This document shows positions 26,193 through 40,895 of a DNA stretch of 64,000 nucleotides, piece after piece. The notes under the pieces are model-generated. The model was given only the letters and a program-made list of their open reading frames with translations, was not told the origin of the DNA and did not search any database. Made by a program: the position numbers and the translations under genes. The stretch covers positions 12,227,175-12,291,174 of the forward strand of contig MU056000.1 of assembly GCA_013239625.1 (NCBI GenBank), in the 5' to 3' direction. Position 1 is the stretch's first letter, and every line of letters begins with the position of its first letter. The stretch is from Lama guanicoe (lineage: Eukaryota).

Positions 26193-27706
26193 CCTGGGCC
26201 CAGGCCTTCCAGGTGGTGACCCAAGTGTTCGAGGCCTTCTTCCTCCCCGCACCTGCAAGTTCACCAAGTTCAGAGACTCTCACACCTAGTCTGGCCCTTA
26301 GGAAACACTTGATGCCTCTTCGGAACCCCGCACAAAGCCAACACCAGCTCAAATCTAGGCCACCTAGTGTGAACCACTGACCTAAATTCTTCCCCCAAGA
26401 GGGAAAAGCATTAGGTCCAAGCAAACTCAGGAAGGAAGAGAGGCAGGGAGGGAAGAAAGAAAAGGAAGGAAGGAAAAGGAAGGAAGTGAGTTAACAATGT
26501 AAATATTCTGCTCACAAAGCAGAATGCACTGCTCCTGAGTAATGTACCACATACCCATGTGTACATCTCCAGTTTTTATCTACTCCAATAATTAACGCTC
26601 ATGGCAATCCAAGTGTTTGTCTTGAAACTTAGTTGAAAGTCACTTTCAAACATGTTATTTAAAAATTACTTTAGAAGTTCCCACAAAACTGAACCTGTAA
26701 CAAAACTAGCTTGCTAGACATCACCTAAAAATATACCCTTTGTTAAAAAAAAAAAGCCCTTGATTAGCATTAGTGAGGGACTCTGCAACGCCACCACCAC
26801 TGTAATGCGACTCCAATAGAACACCATAATATCCTATTCCAAGACAGACACAAAGTACCACCCCCGTGTGTGAAACTAGCACCCCTAAACAAACCCATGA
26901 AGTCAACGTTTAAGCTCAGCTTGGCTTTTCCAATGGCAAAGCATCTTCTTCCAAGACTGTGTGCTGCTCTCTCTTGCCAACACCAGACAGACTCGAAGGC
27001 CTCTCATTCCTACAATCCAAACGTCTTTGTTCTACCTACAAGTGTCACAGCTGTTTGGCAACAGACACTGGAAATCTAGAGAAATCCCCACTTACCTCCC
27101 CTGTCTCCATTCACGGGTGACAGTGACGGCTCTCCCGGGGACATCCCGTCTGGGCTCCAGGATCTGGCACCATTCAGAAGGGCAGAGCTAAAAAGGCTCC
27201 AGAACTCCTTCATTGACTGAAAAGGGCAAAAGCCCCCGAAAGAGTTTTGTCTGAAATACACGTGGATCATAGAAAACTCGAGGACAAAGAGCCAAGCCAC
27301 AATTCAGGGCGATCAGGGCAACCACCCAACGCCATCAAGCACCTGCAGAGTGTCACTACATCTCTACAGGCCCCACTCAAGTCAAGAACTCCTTCAACTC
27401 CCTTTGTTGGAAGAAAGCACTGACCTACAAGTATGTGTGCCCTCTTGCTGTCATCAGTCAGAGACTGGGAGATAAGCCGAATTCTTCTGAGAAGCACTGC
27501 TTGCAGAGCGGGAAGGCCTGGAGCGGCCGAACAAAGCAACAGGAAGCAGGGCTGTTCTCCTTCGGGTGAGAGCGCCTGGAGTTATCGCTGGAGTTACCAC
27601 GAGCAGCTCACAGGACTCCAGAGATAAAACTTTCAGGAGCTCCCTGCTCCTTGGCTGGGGGTTCCCTAGAAACCTTCTTGCTGTCTGGGTAAGTGCCTCT
27701 TTAGAC

Positions 27707-28130
27707 CAGCGCTCCCCAACAGAACCGATGCAAGCCACCTTCGGGATTTGGGGGTGGCGGTGCTCATAGCTCAGTGGGAGAGGGCACGCTTAGCATGCTC
27801 GAGGTCCTAGGCTCAATCCCCAGACCTCCATTAAAATAAGTAAAAAAAAAAGCCCACATATGGGATTTTACATTTTCCAGCAGTCACATGTTTTGAAAAA
27901 AGTAAAAAGAAACAAGTGAGATTAATTTTAATGTGTTACTTAACCCCATAGATGCAAAAATAACTTCAACATGTAACCAATGTAAAAAATGTATTGAGAA
28001 TTTTATATTCTTTTTCCCATACTAATTCTCAAAAGGTCTGGTGGGTATTTTGCACTCACTGCACACCTCAGTTCAGGACAGCCGTTTTCCATTGCCCGCT
28101 AGCCACGTGTGGGCTACTGGTTACAGCACG
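27707..28130 (+). mobile_element. MER33 (hAT-Charlie) interrupted by a SINE
   Basis: Contains cagcgct...aaagtaaaaagaaacaagtgagattaattttaat...ttcaacatgtaacca...tagccacgtgtgg. Confidence 0.8.
27750..27851 (+). mobile_element. tRNA-Ala-derived SINE (camelid Vic-type)
   Basis: Reads atagctcagtgggagag...gcttagcatgctcgaggtcctaggctcaatcccca, then an A tail. Degenerate TSD at 27732-27749 and 27850-27868. Confidence 0.8.
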
Positions 28131-31100
28131 TCACTGTGAAAACCTACTAGACTCTAGAAATGTAATTTTGTGGGCTAAGAGGGTGGTGGTGTGTGTCCAA
28201 GGCATGAAGGCAATGTCTCCTCTTTATTTGCTTTTTCCCATTTTAGGGAATATATCAAATTTCCCAGTGATAACCAGCAAAGGTAGGTATGACTTATCCA
28301 TCATCACCTGCCCCAACCTAACCTACCGTAGTTCAACATTCACCTGGGGGAGATAGAAGAACCACCTTTTTCTGTCCCTCTGAAACAGCAATAAAAGAAC
28401 GTGATAAATCAGAATCGCTCTAAGAATGTGACTTCTACGTGCCCCGTGTATAAGATGATTAAAACAGCTTGGGGGGACTTGGTGCGTAAATTGCCCTGTG
28501 ACATATTTTACCAAAGGGAGCAAGAAAAATGTATCTGTTTACTGTAATGCAAACCCCACCACCATTTCAACAGCTATGTTTGCTGAATTCTTGAACTCTT
28601 GATGGCACATGCCAGCTCTGAGTTACTGGTGGCTTAGACTTAAGACAAATAAAATGAGACAATTAATTACACATTAGGCAGCAGAAAGTATGTGCTTTCA
28701 CCCCAAAACTGCCCTCTCCTCCTCCCAACCATGACCAAATACTCTGAATGGGGTAACAGAAAGAGGAAAAAGTCTTGCAGATGTAATAAGAGGCAAATGT
28801 GTTTTTAATTGAGGTTTCCATGAGCTATCGGTTAGAAAGTGGTACTTGAACAGTAAGAAACTACTCTGCAGCCCAGTATGCGGGGATCTGAAGACAGACA
28901 GACTACAGAAAAACTGGTAAACTTCCCCAAATACCCAGCAGAGGTGAGCAGCTCTGATAAGCCAACTGGCTTTTCAAAACCCAGGGGGTCGCTCCATCCA
29001 GTGACAAAGGCCCAGCCAGGCCATCTGTTCTCACCACCTTCCCAAGTCCGGTCACCCTACCCTAGTCCCGCACACCCAGCCCTATCCCTCTTCAATCTCT
29101 GAGCCACCTTGGAACCAGCCCTTGCAAACCCACCTCCCTGTCTCACTTAAGGCCTCTTCCATTCAGACAAAATCCCGCCTGTGGCCTGTGGTCTGTGCAT
29201 GCTCCGGCCTCTGCCTCCCCACTTCAGCTTCGCCTGGATTTTTCTCAGGTCCCACCTGGCTTGCACCGAGTCTCTATCCACTACTCTGCCAGCAAAACCA
29301 ATGCGCCCCTTTAACCCAGCCATCAAGCTCCCCGACCCTAGGAGGCCCTGGCCTGAGAGCTGCACCTTTGTCCCCTGGCAGAGAAATCAGCACAGAAACA
29401 AATAACTCAGGTGATGCCAGCCCTCCCTGCTGGAATGGGAGGGCAAGCACCACCGCCGCCAGGAAGGACAGAAAGACAGCCCTCCAACAGCGACCCAAGA
29501 ACATGGTGGACTTCAGCACGAATTCCACCCATCCTGACGCTGGGCCGGGGCGCGTGCTTGCCTTTTACCAGCCCTGTCTGACTAACAGTGACCTGACCCT
29601 TTGTGTCTCACTTCCCCTGAACTTACCTCGACAGCATTTAAATAGGTGAGAAAACTTGTATTATAGATTCTGAGGTTCACGTTTGTGGAATCCAATAATG
29701 AAGATGACAGCTATACCCTAAAAACAGCGTATCCTGGATCATCTACCAACACTGGCTGTCTTCCTGAGTTCCTACAGCAAGCAGTCAGGGGTTACTTACC
29801 AGGAACCCGAGCTGCTCACTGCCAGCCCGACTGCGCTACCCCAGGTCCAGCCAAACTCACTTTCCAGACAACAGCAGGGTCCTTGGAATTCCCACCCCCC
29901 AATGCCTTGGCTCCCTGGAAGCTTCTAGAGCCAGACCGTCAGGAAGCCATATATTCCAGCTTCAAAATGATTTCAGAGGCCGTTTTTTTCCTTGGCCCAG
30001 GTGAAGGTGTGTAAAAGAATTTTCCAGAACTCTGACCTGGTGTTCTGCTTCTTTTGTGAACCCCAAGGTAGATTCTCCCCTTTTAGCAAATTCATTATAG
30101 CTGGAGAGCCAGCACCATCCAAATTCCAAATGCATTCGTTCACTCCACAAATATTGCCTTAGAGCACTTGTTGGCCGACAAGGCACCACACCAGGGCCAG
30201 GAAGTCACAGGAGTCAATGGTGAGGACCTGGGCTTCCAAATCCAGCAGACCAAACTCCAGTCCCCCTTCTGGCTGCGGAACCCTGGAAAGTAACAGTAAC
30301 AGGAAACACTGTGACCGTGTGCTGACTGCTGTTCCGAGTGCGTCATGTGCACCCACTGACACCTTACCGGCCAGCAACGAGAAATGTCCCCATTTAACAG
30401 ATATGACAGAAGAGGCACAGAGCCACTGAAAAACCTGCCCAAGGGCCCAAAGCTAACAGGTGGTGGAACAGATTTGTTTTTCCCTTGTCCTTTTCTTTTC
30501 TTAGAAACAGCTTTACTAACTTACAACTTATATCCCATAAAATGACAGGCAGACAAGTCCACCTGCATCACTCCATGTAATTCTGCCTCTTCTGTCACTT
30601 AGCTTTCCTGCACCCCAGGTTCCTACTTTACAAAATGCAAACGATCAAGAGTTAAGAGGTTAAATAATGGAATTAATATTAGTAAAGCAGACCAGCCCAG
30701 CACCTGGCCCAGAGAAGGACCCAACAGCCCAAAAATACAGTCTGCTCTCCACAAGTTTAATCTAATCAAAGGCAAAGCTAGTAAATACAGAAAATAGCCA
30801 TAATAAAATACAGAGAAAGATAAAGGGCACAAAAAGTGCAGATAAAAATACAAAGGGGAATTCAGTGTTTGTAAGGGAGGACCTCTGTTCCTGGAGCTGA
30901 AGTATTTGCATCAGAGAAGCCAGGCTGGGAACGCTGCTGAGTCTAGCATCACTCAATCACTTAAAACACAAACTGCATGAGAACGGCCCAGAGCCTCTAA
31001 GAACAAGATGAATCTTGCATATCTGACACATACAACATGAGGCGGTGAATCACACCTGCTGTGGAGGATGATCTGAATCCCTTCTTCTAGAGATGGGGAT

Positions 31101-32159
31101 GATTTTCAGTGACCAAAACACACCCATCCTCTGAAGGAAACACTTCCAAGAGTGAACTGAGTGTATTCAACCTCATACATTTGTCTGGTCTTGTTTTTGC
31201 AAAGCTTACTGCTGTCCTCTGAGGATAATCATCTCCCTTACTGACCCTGAAACCCTCTTCTCCCAAACTGTTACTGACCTTGGAGCCAGTGTCCCATGGC
31301 TCTCGACAGGACAGGGAGGATGGGTGGGGGCAAAGGCACAACAAAGGATATGGTCTCCCATCCTATGGTCAGCTGCTCTCCCTCAAGCAAAAACCCCCAA
31401 CTGCCAGGGAGAAGGGGCCATTTCAGGTCCACTGATTGGCAAGGGCCACCAAGCACAAAGGTCCTGCCCTAGGGTGGGTGAAAGCAAAAGACAGTATTAC
31501 CTAAGATGCAACCCATTTTCAAATGTGTTTTACTGTTTCCAGGAACCCAATGATGCTAACTGATCATTTGTTGTTCGCCTTAAGAGAAGAAACTCCCTGC
31601 TACGGATGGAACTAAGAAATTTAACTACTGATTCTAAAGATACTAATTGGCTGGGCAGAGCCTTCGCCCACAAATCATGCTGGGCACTGACCCCCAGGCA
31701 GTGGATGGGTCCCGGGTGAGAGCTGCTAAGAGCAGCTTGTTAACAAAGTGACATCTGAGGCATGAGAACAATCCAGCAATTGTTGAGTTCCATTTCCTGC
31801 TCCATATCTTAAGAAGAAGAAAAAGAGGAAGAAAAGCCCCCTTAGATTAGGACACACACATCCGCAACTGCAGTCCCTGTGAGAAGCAACAGAGACTTGG
31901 CATTTTCACAGAGGTGGTTTAAGTGTCTCGTACACACACAGTCTGTATCCATTACCAGCCCTGAAGGGACCCGCTGCCGGACACAACAGCTGCTGTCCCA
32001 CCCCTGGGCCTCCAGCAGGCCTCTGGGGCGTCCCTGGTGGGAATGAGGAGTGGGTCTCCTCTGCCCCCAGCCCCCCACCATTACAGACTGGAAGGGAGCT
32101 GGTGGGCTGCTCCCAGGACTGAAGGAATGAGCAGCCCTCACTTCAGGAAGGGCCCCCAG

Positions 32160-32338
32160 CAGGTTCCTCAGCATCAGCAACCCCGACAATGCAGCTGGGT
32201 AAGTCTCTGGGGTAGGAGGCTGTCCCGTGCACGGCAGAAGTTTAGCAGCACCTCCGGCTTCTTCTCATCGTATAACCCCCACCCCTAGTTGTCAAACGTC
32301 CCCTTGGGACCCAAATTACCCCCATTAAGAGCCATCGG
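32160..32338. mobile_element. Diverged MER20
   Basis: Contains ggctgtcccgtgcacggcagaagtttagcagcac...aaattacccccattaagagcca. Confidence 0.55.
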
Positions 32339-33869
32339 TCAAAAGGGAAGACAACTCTTTCAGCCTCACTGACATCCCACCTGGAAGTTAACTCATTAAC
32401 TTCCAAGGACTAGACGGCAGATGCCAGCACGGCCAAAATCCCCTTAATCATCTCTCCCAGCTTCTTCCTCCTCCACCCCAGGTGCAAAGCTGACATCCCC
32501 CAACAACCCCATCTCCCAAACCAAGAAGTGCCAGAACGCTGTAGATGCTGCCAGTCCCCCTGCGAAGACATCTCCTGACCCACCGTCTCCTCTCAACCCC
32601 CTTGGCTAACGTGGAGACAACTAGATAGTTGTATGCGGAATGTAGAGACATTCGAGAACCTGGGAGAACATCCTGGTTTCTAATAGTCACTTGAAAACCT
32701 TCACTCCTTCTGCTTCTGCTCTTTGCTGACCTCTTTGTAACTTTAGTACACGGTGGAGCATTGTGATCATCCTACTCTGCCTCTCAACTGGGAGACAAGA
32801 GAACCAGCCGCCAGAGGAAACAGACAGGAGTGAGGTGGTCACAGAAGCACCACAAAGGCTGGGAAAACCAAGAGAGAAAGTACCAAACGCTATGGAGGGG
32901 ACCAAAGAAATGACCGCTGGTCACTCAGCCTGAGGACTGACAGATCACTGGTGATTTTTTTTTTCATTAAAGTGATTTCCTGAAAAACAAAAAACCACAG
33001 GACAATTTCATCCGTCGGTAAATAAGGCCCAAGTGCTGCCACCACACCCAAAGGGACTACACAGACAATATCTAAAGACCTTTTATGCGGCAACACTTAC
33101 ACAAGGAGATATATACTCCCTCTGTTTAAAAAAAAAACCACAGAATAAACAACTTCAGCGTGGAAAAAGGCAAGCAAAGTATATTTATGGTTTGGCTTTT
33201 TAATGTACCTACTATGGGAAAAATACGGCATTTCCAGACCTCAGCTAATGAGAAGACGACGCATACAGCATTCATAAGCTTTTTTAAATGTAACAGAAAA
33301 ACTTATTTTTATCCCTCTATTATCAAAAGGGTAAAAACGGATGAATCACTTACAACTAAAGCAAAAATCAGCCCTGCATATTCTCTTAAGCAACTGTAAG
33401 CAGAAAAATCTGTAAATTCTTATCAGCTGGTGATACTTAAGGCGAATGATGAAACCAACGTAACACTAAGGATGCCTGTTAGATCACACATGTGAGCAAA
33501 GAAACTGACCCTCACAAGAGGCGTTACAGGCTCCTGTGAATAAGGCTACAGTTAGGTTTCTAAAGATGCTTTTCCCTCTGGCGTATTTCAGTGGGGGTGT
33601 GCAGGGTATGGATAAACCATTTAAAGTAAGTTTATTAGTTAAACCAATTGAAAATTGAGGGACAAAGTGGCACCTGTGTTAACACCATGCTGACACTATA
33701 CTACAAGGACACAAAAGTCCATCTATTCCTGTCTCTCTAAATGTAGGCCTCTTGCCAGACAGAAATCAACATAAATCAGTATAAAAACACATTATATTTT
33801 AAAAGTATATCAATAAACACAGACATTTTTATGCAATGTGTTTTATACACATGTATATAAAATCAGAGC

Positions 33870-34120
33870 CAACACTGGACTATTATTCAGCTGTAAAATG
33901 GAACGAAGTCCTGGTACATGATACCTAGTGGATTAAACTCAAGAACACACAAGATGAAAAAAATCAGACACAAGAGGCCATGGGGGGTGTAATACCATTT
34001 AAATGAAATACCCAGAAGAGGTAAATTCACAGAGACAGAAACCAACTGGTGGTTTCCAGGGGCTGGGGGAGGGGTGAATGAGGAACGACTGTTCAGTGGG
34101 TTTGGGGTTTCATTTGAGGG
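33870..34120 (+). mobile_element. L1MB-type 3' fragment
   Basis: Contains ggactattattcagctgtaaaa...aggtaaattcacagagacagaaa...ggtttccaggggctgggg. Confidence 0.7.
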
Positions 34121-34124
34121 TTCA

Positions 34125-34410
34125 GTTAGGTCCTAAGGGTGAAGCCCTGATCCAACAGGACTACTGCTCTTATATGAAGAAACAGCAGAGATCTCACTCA
34201 CGCCTGCAACTCTCTCTGCCCCCACCTCCCCTCGACCCCTCATCCACGTGAGGGCACAACCAGAAGGCAGTCCGCAGCCAGACAGGAAGAGAGTCCTCAC
34301 TAGAAACCAACCCTGCCAGCACCTTGATCGGCCTCCAGAACCACAGGAAAATAAATGCCTGTTGCTTAAGTCACCTAGTCCTATTTGATGATGGCAGCCC
34401 AAGCTCAGAC
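34125..34410 (+). mobile_element. MLT1A-like MaLR LTR
   Basis: Contains tgagggcacaaccagaaggc...ccagcaccttgatc...cctccagaacc...aataaatgcctgttgcttaagtcacc. Confidence 0.75.
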
Positions 34411-37400
34411 AGCAGAGTTCTGATCAAAACCATTTTCCAAACAGGAGCATGAGGCACCGAATGGTGACGGTCCAACCCATTTTATAAATGGGGACATGAG
34501 GGACTTGCCCAAGGTCACACACCCAGCAAGCAGTAGGACGGCACCCGAACCCAGGCAGAGGGCTTCCACGACCTCCCCCTCCAAAGCACGCTCTGTGGGG
34601 AGGTGCTCAGCCTCGCTGAACGAACACGAAGTTCCAAAGAGGAACGGACAGAATCCTGGTATGGTGTCCAAGCCTCCAAATCTCACATCTCTGCAAAATT
34701 TTTTTTAGAGTAAACTTTGAAATGTGAAAAATAAGCTCTCCCCCTCCAGAAAAGATAATCCAGCTTCTATCCCTGGCTCAGCCAAGTAAAACAAAGAATG
34801 GGTCCAAGAGACTGAATAATGCGAGGATCTACTCTGAAAATGCAGAAATTTAGCCTAGATCTCACCCTCACAGAACAGTTTCACAACACAGTAAATATTT
34901 TTTGGAAGCCAGCTAAAATGAACCCCAAGGAAAATACACACCATTTCAGTCCTTTCCCTTGCTCCCAAGTTAAGAAACGTCTTCCTCACTATTCAGAGAG
35001 TACCAGCCCCAGTCAAGTTTGGCTTGGACCACTCAGTAAAAACAAAATGTTCTGCATTCCTTGCCAACACTTTACAAACTGGGGACACCCTGCAGAAATC
35101 TACATTATCTGGTCTCTCTTTTAAAACTGGACCTGCCAAAACAGAGCCTTAATTCTTTCAGGTCTGTGAGCTGGTTAACCACAGTCCCCACCACTCCCTA
35201 TAGCCCACAACCTGGATCATTTTACTCACCTTTCCTACCTGCCAGCCCCAAATTTGCAAGCCTTTTACATAGTGCCTCACATAGTCTGGGTCTCAAGACA
35301 GGTTTTGAAAAATGCATTATTTTGTACATAATGCCTCCATTCAGAGTAAGCTTTTGAAGGGAAGTGTTTAAATTATTTAATGGGCTTGTCAAGCAGTGCT
35401 CTTAATCAAACTTGGCTCAAATCAAAAGAAAATGAGTATGTTTTTAGACCCAGCTTGGGTATGATACATTAAATCATATCTTAATTCTGACCAAATGGCA
35501 GAATAAAGCCCTTTTTAAAAGCATGAATTTTAGCCACCCAAGTGAGTAAGTATTCCATTTATAGCTGCCAGAGGTTAAGCCTTCCAACATCTTTCACCCA
35601 CCACCCTGCCCCACCACTCACACACACGCCCCATGTCACCGCCTTGATATTGAATTTCAGCCTCCAGCAAGTCAGACTTTTTCCACTAGTTTGGTTTGGG
35701 ATGAATCCTGAGCTGTAGGCACGCTTCCTGGCCAGCTGCCAACTGAACACCAGAACGCAAAGAAATTGTTTATTCCTCAAAAAATAAAGAACTGATTCTA
35801 TCTTTTCTTTGGTTTTCATAAAGTTCACCAAAAAGGAGCCTGCATTTCTCACGGTGCGTCCATTCTGTTGTGATTGATGTCTTAACCCAAATCTCAAAAT
35901 TAGCTGCTTTCTCCCCAGCTAAAAAACTATTCTCTTCAGAATTGAAAGGTGCTAGAAACAAATTTTTTAAAGGTACAAGCAGTTATCAGCATCCTCTGAA
36001 CATGTTTGCCCATTAATTGGAAAAAGCCAAACCCTGAGAAACAATCAACTCGCCTTTGACTCGCAATAGACCAGACAGCTGTATGCTTGGTATGTTTGGA
36101 AGGAATCCAAGCCTTTGTGCCAGGAATTACTTGTCAACGTTTTAAACTGTGACTTTCTGCCTCTCCTTGCGCGGCCACCTGAAACTCAAGACTGAATGAT
36201 TAATTTCAAGTTTCATCGCCAGTGTCAGAGAACCTCCTTCTTCAAGGTCTGTGAATGAAGTCATCTTTTGGAGAAACTGCACCTGTAGGGTGGATCTTCC
36301 AGCCGAAGAAGGAAGAGGGGAATCTGTCATCATGGAGATGCCCCAGGATGGCAACGAGTCAGAGACTAGGGAGGAGGCCAAGAGGGGCCGGCTCCACGCA
36401 GAAGCAAGATCAACCCTGAACAGTGGCCAGTGGTCAGAGCAGGGTCAGAGGTGTGATGTGGGATCTGGGCATGGCCAAGGGACCACAAGATCTGGAGTCA
36501 GAACAAGAGAGACGAGCTGGAACTACAATTCATGTGCACGTATGAAAGTTCAGAAGTGAGGATGGAAAAATCAGAGCTCCAAGTACAAAAGGCAAAGCAA
36601 AGCCTAGCCCTGCAGTTGGGGGAGGGAGCCCCCAGGCACAGAAGGGTCACCAGTAGAAGGAATTACCTCCATAATGTCGGTCGCTTTCCGCACCTCAATG
36701 TTGAAAACTTTAATCATCATCTCAGTCAAGGCAAGAAATAAAAAACCACACTCAGCCAACCCCCAGCTTCTTAAAGGAAGCAGGTCCCTGGGAACATGAA
36801 CTTGGGCAGTTAAGTTAGGTCAAGTAAGGCAGAGGCACACTAGCAACTTCTGTCTGACCTCAAGGAAACGATAAAGACTTAATATTCCAACGTGAGGGCG
36901 GCTGGGCCAAGAAAGCTCACCGCTGATCCCACTTGCTGGCCACACAGCCACTTTAATGATTCTGTGACCACATTTCCAAGGACCTTCGTGAGTGTCTGCT
37001 GGACTATTCTATGAAGCTCACAGGCCCACTCGTACAAGAACCTGAATATCCACTATCAGTGAATCTATGCTGTCAGAGAGTGGCCAGCAAAATGTCCACG
37101 ACCATCTCCCGGCTGGGACCAGTGATGTCCCAGGAAGCCTACGTGGTCCATCGATGTCACTGTTAATTCTGCAGACTGGTTATTTCTGCTGAGTCCACAA
37201 TTTTTGTTTTGCCTATTTGCAAATAGTAACTTTCTAGCCCCAGAAATGCCCTATGTTCGAGGAAGTCTGAGACAAAACACACCCTCGACTGTGTACAGGA
37301 GCCATGAAAATAACCTTGAAATAGAGTCACTACCAAGCGTGGGATTCTATGGCACTAGGAAAAGTTCACACATTCGATGAAACCCACAGCAGTCTTCCAG

Positions 37401-37479
37401 ACTGGCAATCCGTCTGGCTGGGAGAACCATGATTAGCCCTGGAGATATCAACCTGGAGGAAAAGGAATAAACACGCAGG

Positions 37480-37695
37480 CTCTGGAATCAGGCAAGAGAC
37501 CTGGCACCTCGTCTACTAGCTGTGGGGCTTGACTGGGCACTTAAGCCCTCTAAGCCGCAGGCTGTTCAGCTCCACATGGGATTGACCTTACTTGCTAATA
37601 TGCAGAGCATTCAACGAGGTGATGTACACAAAAGGCTCAGCACAGCACATGGCATCAAATAAGTGTCTCATCAATGCCCACTACTATTGCTGTTG
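37480..37695 (+). mobile_element. MIR
   Basis: Contains ggctctggaatcaggc...actagctgtg...aaaggctcagcacagcac...tcaatg. Confidence 0.55.
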
Positions 37696-39229
37696 TCAGT
37701 TTTAGAGGTCTGTAGCTTCTAGGTAAATCTGAGGGAACTTTCAAGGTGCAGCAGCTGATCAAGTGCACTTCCCAGCATCCTCTGGTGCCCCCTCCATGGA
37801 GTCACAGTCTCAGGAGGGCAGGAGTGGGAATCCCACCTACAGCGAGGTGACAGCTTTAGCACAGCCTTGGTCTCACAAGCATCCCAGCCCATCACACTTC
37901 CACTGGCACAGCTGTACCACGCTGCAGTCCATCAACATCGGTCTTTTTGAGGAGCAGTTATCTCTCAAGCAAAAAAACCACTCGCCATACTCCAGTATCT
38001 TATCATGAATCTGAATTAACCAAGCTGGTGAATAAGGATGCAGTGCATGTCCCTCACCATGAATGGCTTTGTCCAGAGCGGTTAAGTTCAAGCCTTGGTG
38101 ATGATGTCATTGCTGAAGCCTCATTACCAACCTATCAAGCCCAGATTTCTATCATGAACCATGTTCAGAGTCCTTAATGCCACGGCAGAGTCAGTTAATG
38201 CCCAACAAATTATCCACTTAGCATATTAATGTTGTGTTAGACAGTGCTGTGGACTCTTGTTCTAACAAATTAAGTATCCCATTTGGAGCCCTGAGGAGTC
38301 TTTATTTAACTGATTCTCAAGCAACAAACAAAACATGTACAACACTAAAGTTCATCTAGAAAGATGTCTCACTTAACAGGTTAAAAAGCAACAAAGTCAA
38401 TAGATAATAAGCGTATTTCCTTTTTTCGTCCAGCTGCCTGAGGTGGGGGAAAAGGTGAGGAGAAACATGAAAGAAATTCACTCTTACCATGCTGTATACT
38501 TTAAATATCTTACAATTTTATATGTCAATTATACCTCATTAAACCAAAACTAAAGAGAGAAAAAAAAACCCACCTCACTCCTAAACTATAGATTAAATCC
38601 AGGAACTTTAAGATGAACCCAACCTAATTTTCCTCCTGCTTGAAGGTTTGGTGAGAATAAGGGTATGAACTTTTAAGTCACCTTTCACTGATTTTCAGCC
38701 AATAAAAGTTTTGCCTGCTGAGCCAAATGTCCTTACGAAGCTTTCAGTGATTCATTACCGTGTCTTGCAATTAAACATCACGCTAGGTGAAAATGAAGCG
38801 GAAAGAAAACGCACACTCACTCATCAAAACTGGGAGAAGCGGAAAAGAAAAGAGAAGGTGTGGAATTTGTTGGTAAAGGTTCATTTATCCTGCTCAAAGA
38901 GGCTGCCTCTTGCATTACAAGGGTTGCTACCCCAAGCGCTTAGTGATTGAAATAATCAAATGACAAGCGAGGCCCAGAGAGCAGAGGGCAGATCTCGAAT
39001 GCTGGCCCCTGCTAGCTTTCTTTCATCCCAGAAATACACACATCTGTTTCCTGGGCTTCCGTGACCAAACCTGCTCTACTGCCTATTCTTTTGCTTTTTA
39101 GGATAAATGGAAGCTCATTGTTCAGGTCTAGAAAAATTACTTTATATCCCACTATATAAATATACAGGTTTGTTTATAATACACACATTTTATTTATTTT
39201 TTGCTAATGCCACAGAAACATTTTGGAAT

Positions 39230-39395
39230 AAAGATAAAACTATAATAAGATATGACTATAGATCTAGATACATAATATAACTAAGCTATAATATAATTCA
39301 GATTATATTATACAATATAATTAAATAAATTAAATTAATTTAATAATTTAATAATATTACAATAAATTAAAAACAAGATGACTATATCATAGATA
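39230..39395. repeat. AT-rich low-complexity tract
   Basis: Nearly pure A/T with tataa and taaat motifs. Confidence 0.7.
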
Positions 39396-39501
39396 CACCT
39401 CCCCACAAAAAGGAGGTTGCTTTAGTAGCAACAACTTTATTTAGAAAACATAGAAAATTAAAATACAGAGGGGGATATGGAATCAAGTCAATCTTCTCCC
39501 T

Positions 39502-39719
39502 CAGGGCTTCTCAGTCTTGCCACTGTTGACACGTGGACTGAATCAATTTGTATTGCGTGGGACTGCCCTGTGCTTCTAGGATGTTCAAGAGCATCCCTGG
39601 TTTCTTCCCACTCGATGCCAGGAGTCCCCTCCCCACACTGACAGTCACAAGCAAAAATGTCTCCGTACTTTGCTAAATGTCCCTAGGGAGACAAAACTGC
39701 CCCTTGTTGAGAACCACTA
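39502..39719. mobile_element. MER20 (near full length)
   Basis: Contains cagggcttctcag...cactgttgacac...ggatgttcaagagcatccctgg...aaaaatgtctcc...gttgagaaccact. Confidence 0.85.
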
Positions 39720-40704
39720 CTTTACCTAAAACGTAATTACATCCTTCATAATGTACCCAGCCCCTGGCAATGTCCAGAGTGTCCACTTAATGACAAAGAA
39801 TGTATGTGCTGTTCCAGCCAGGCTAGTGCTTTTCTTTTTAAACTGCAAACTCTGTACCTCCTTAGGAATGAAAAACATTAGCAGCTACCATTATCACCGC
39901 CTTAACTGGATTACAGCTCGGCAAAGTTGATTTCAATGTAGACCATTACCTACCTGTTAAAAAATCTCACATCAATTGAAGGAAGGTCGATACTTGTAAT
40001 AGTTTAAAATTTTAGGCTGTAAGACTGAAACTGCTCTCAAAGAGTAAAGTCTTTATTAAAATTAAAAAAAGTAGTGGCACCCCTAAACTTGAATGAAACG
40101 GCACTTCATCTATACCTGCTGAGGAAGATGTGAGCAGCCGAAATGCCAGCTGAGTGCCACTTCCATCTACAGGGCAGACAGAGCAATCAGCTCCACAGAA
40201 GACAAGCAAGATTCTCAAACCGCACATAGATTCCAAAGCAAACAAGCCTTCCTCCAACATCACTTCATGGGAATCTGGACTTCATCAGAAACAGACAAAG
40301 CCAAGAAAAATGACTTAGGAAATTCAGTGCGACCTTTGCCTTCAGTAGAGATGCTCCCCAGAAACCTACAAGAATTTCATTGAAACCATTCTCTGCATCG
40401 TCTCTCAGAACAGAACTCTTGCTACTCCTGTCACTCACAATGAGTGTCCAGTTGCTGCTGTCCCAGGCGCAATCAGAAGGACTGTGCCTTTGCTTTGTTT
40501 GATTACAGGAAAATTCCTACCCCTTGTTGCAGTCGTTGGCAAATTAGGTCATTTTTCTTAGGCTTGTATCACATGACTTTGGTCGGCTCTCTGAGCAGCA
40601 GCAAACACACACTCCCAAAGCTCTCCACACAGATTCTATCCTCACCTCCTACATGAACTACTGCCATCACCCCCAAATGAATTCAGGTTCCATGCGGCTG
40701 TCTA

Positions 40705-40895
40705 TCTTTGGGTCCAAACTCTGGTTCTACCACTTCCCAGCTGTGTGAACTTAGGCAAATGACTTAACTTCTCTAAGACTCTGTATTTTCATATGTGAAA
40801 TGGTACCAACCATATAAAACTACTGGGCAGATTAAATGAATTAACCCAAGTTGAGAATTTAGCACAGTCTCAGCCCCTGGTGAGTGATCAATAAA
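40705..40895 (+). mobile_element. MIR
   Basis: MIR core ctaccacttcccagctgtgtgaacttaggcaaatgacttaacttctct...aaatgg. Confidence 0.8.

Noticed and set aside
25862..26424. ORFs with repeated peptides, or a CRISPR-like array
   Set aside because: These are translations of the head-to-tail minisatellite. There are no unique spacers and the context is mammalian.
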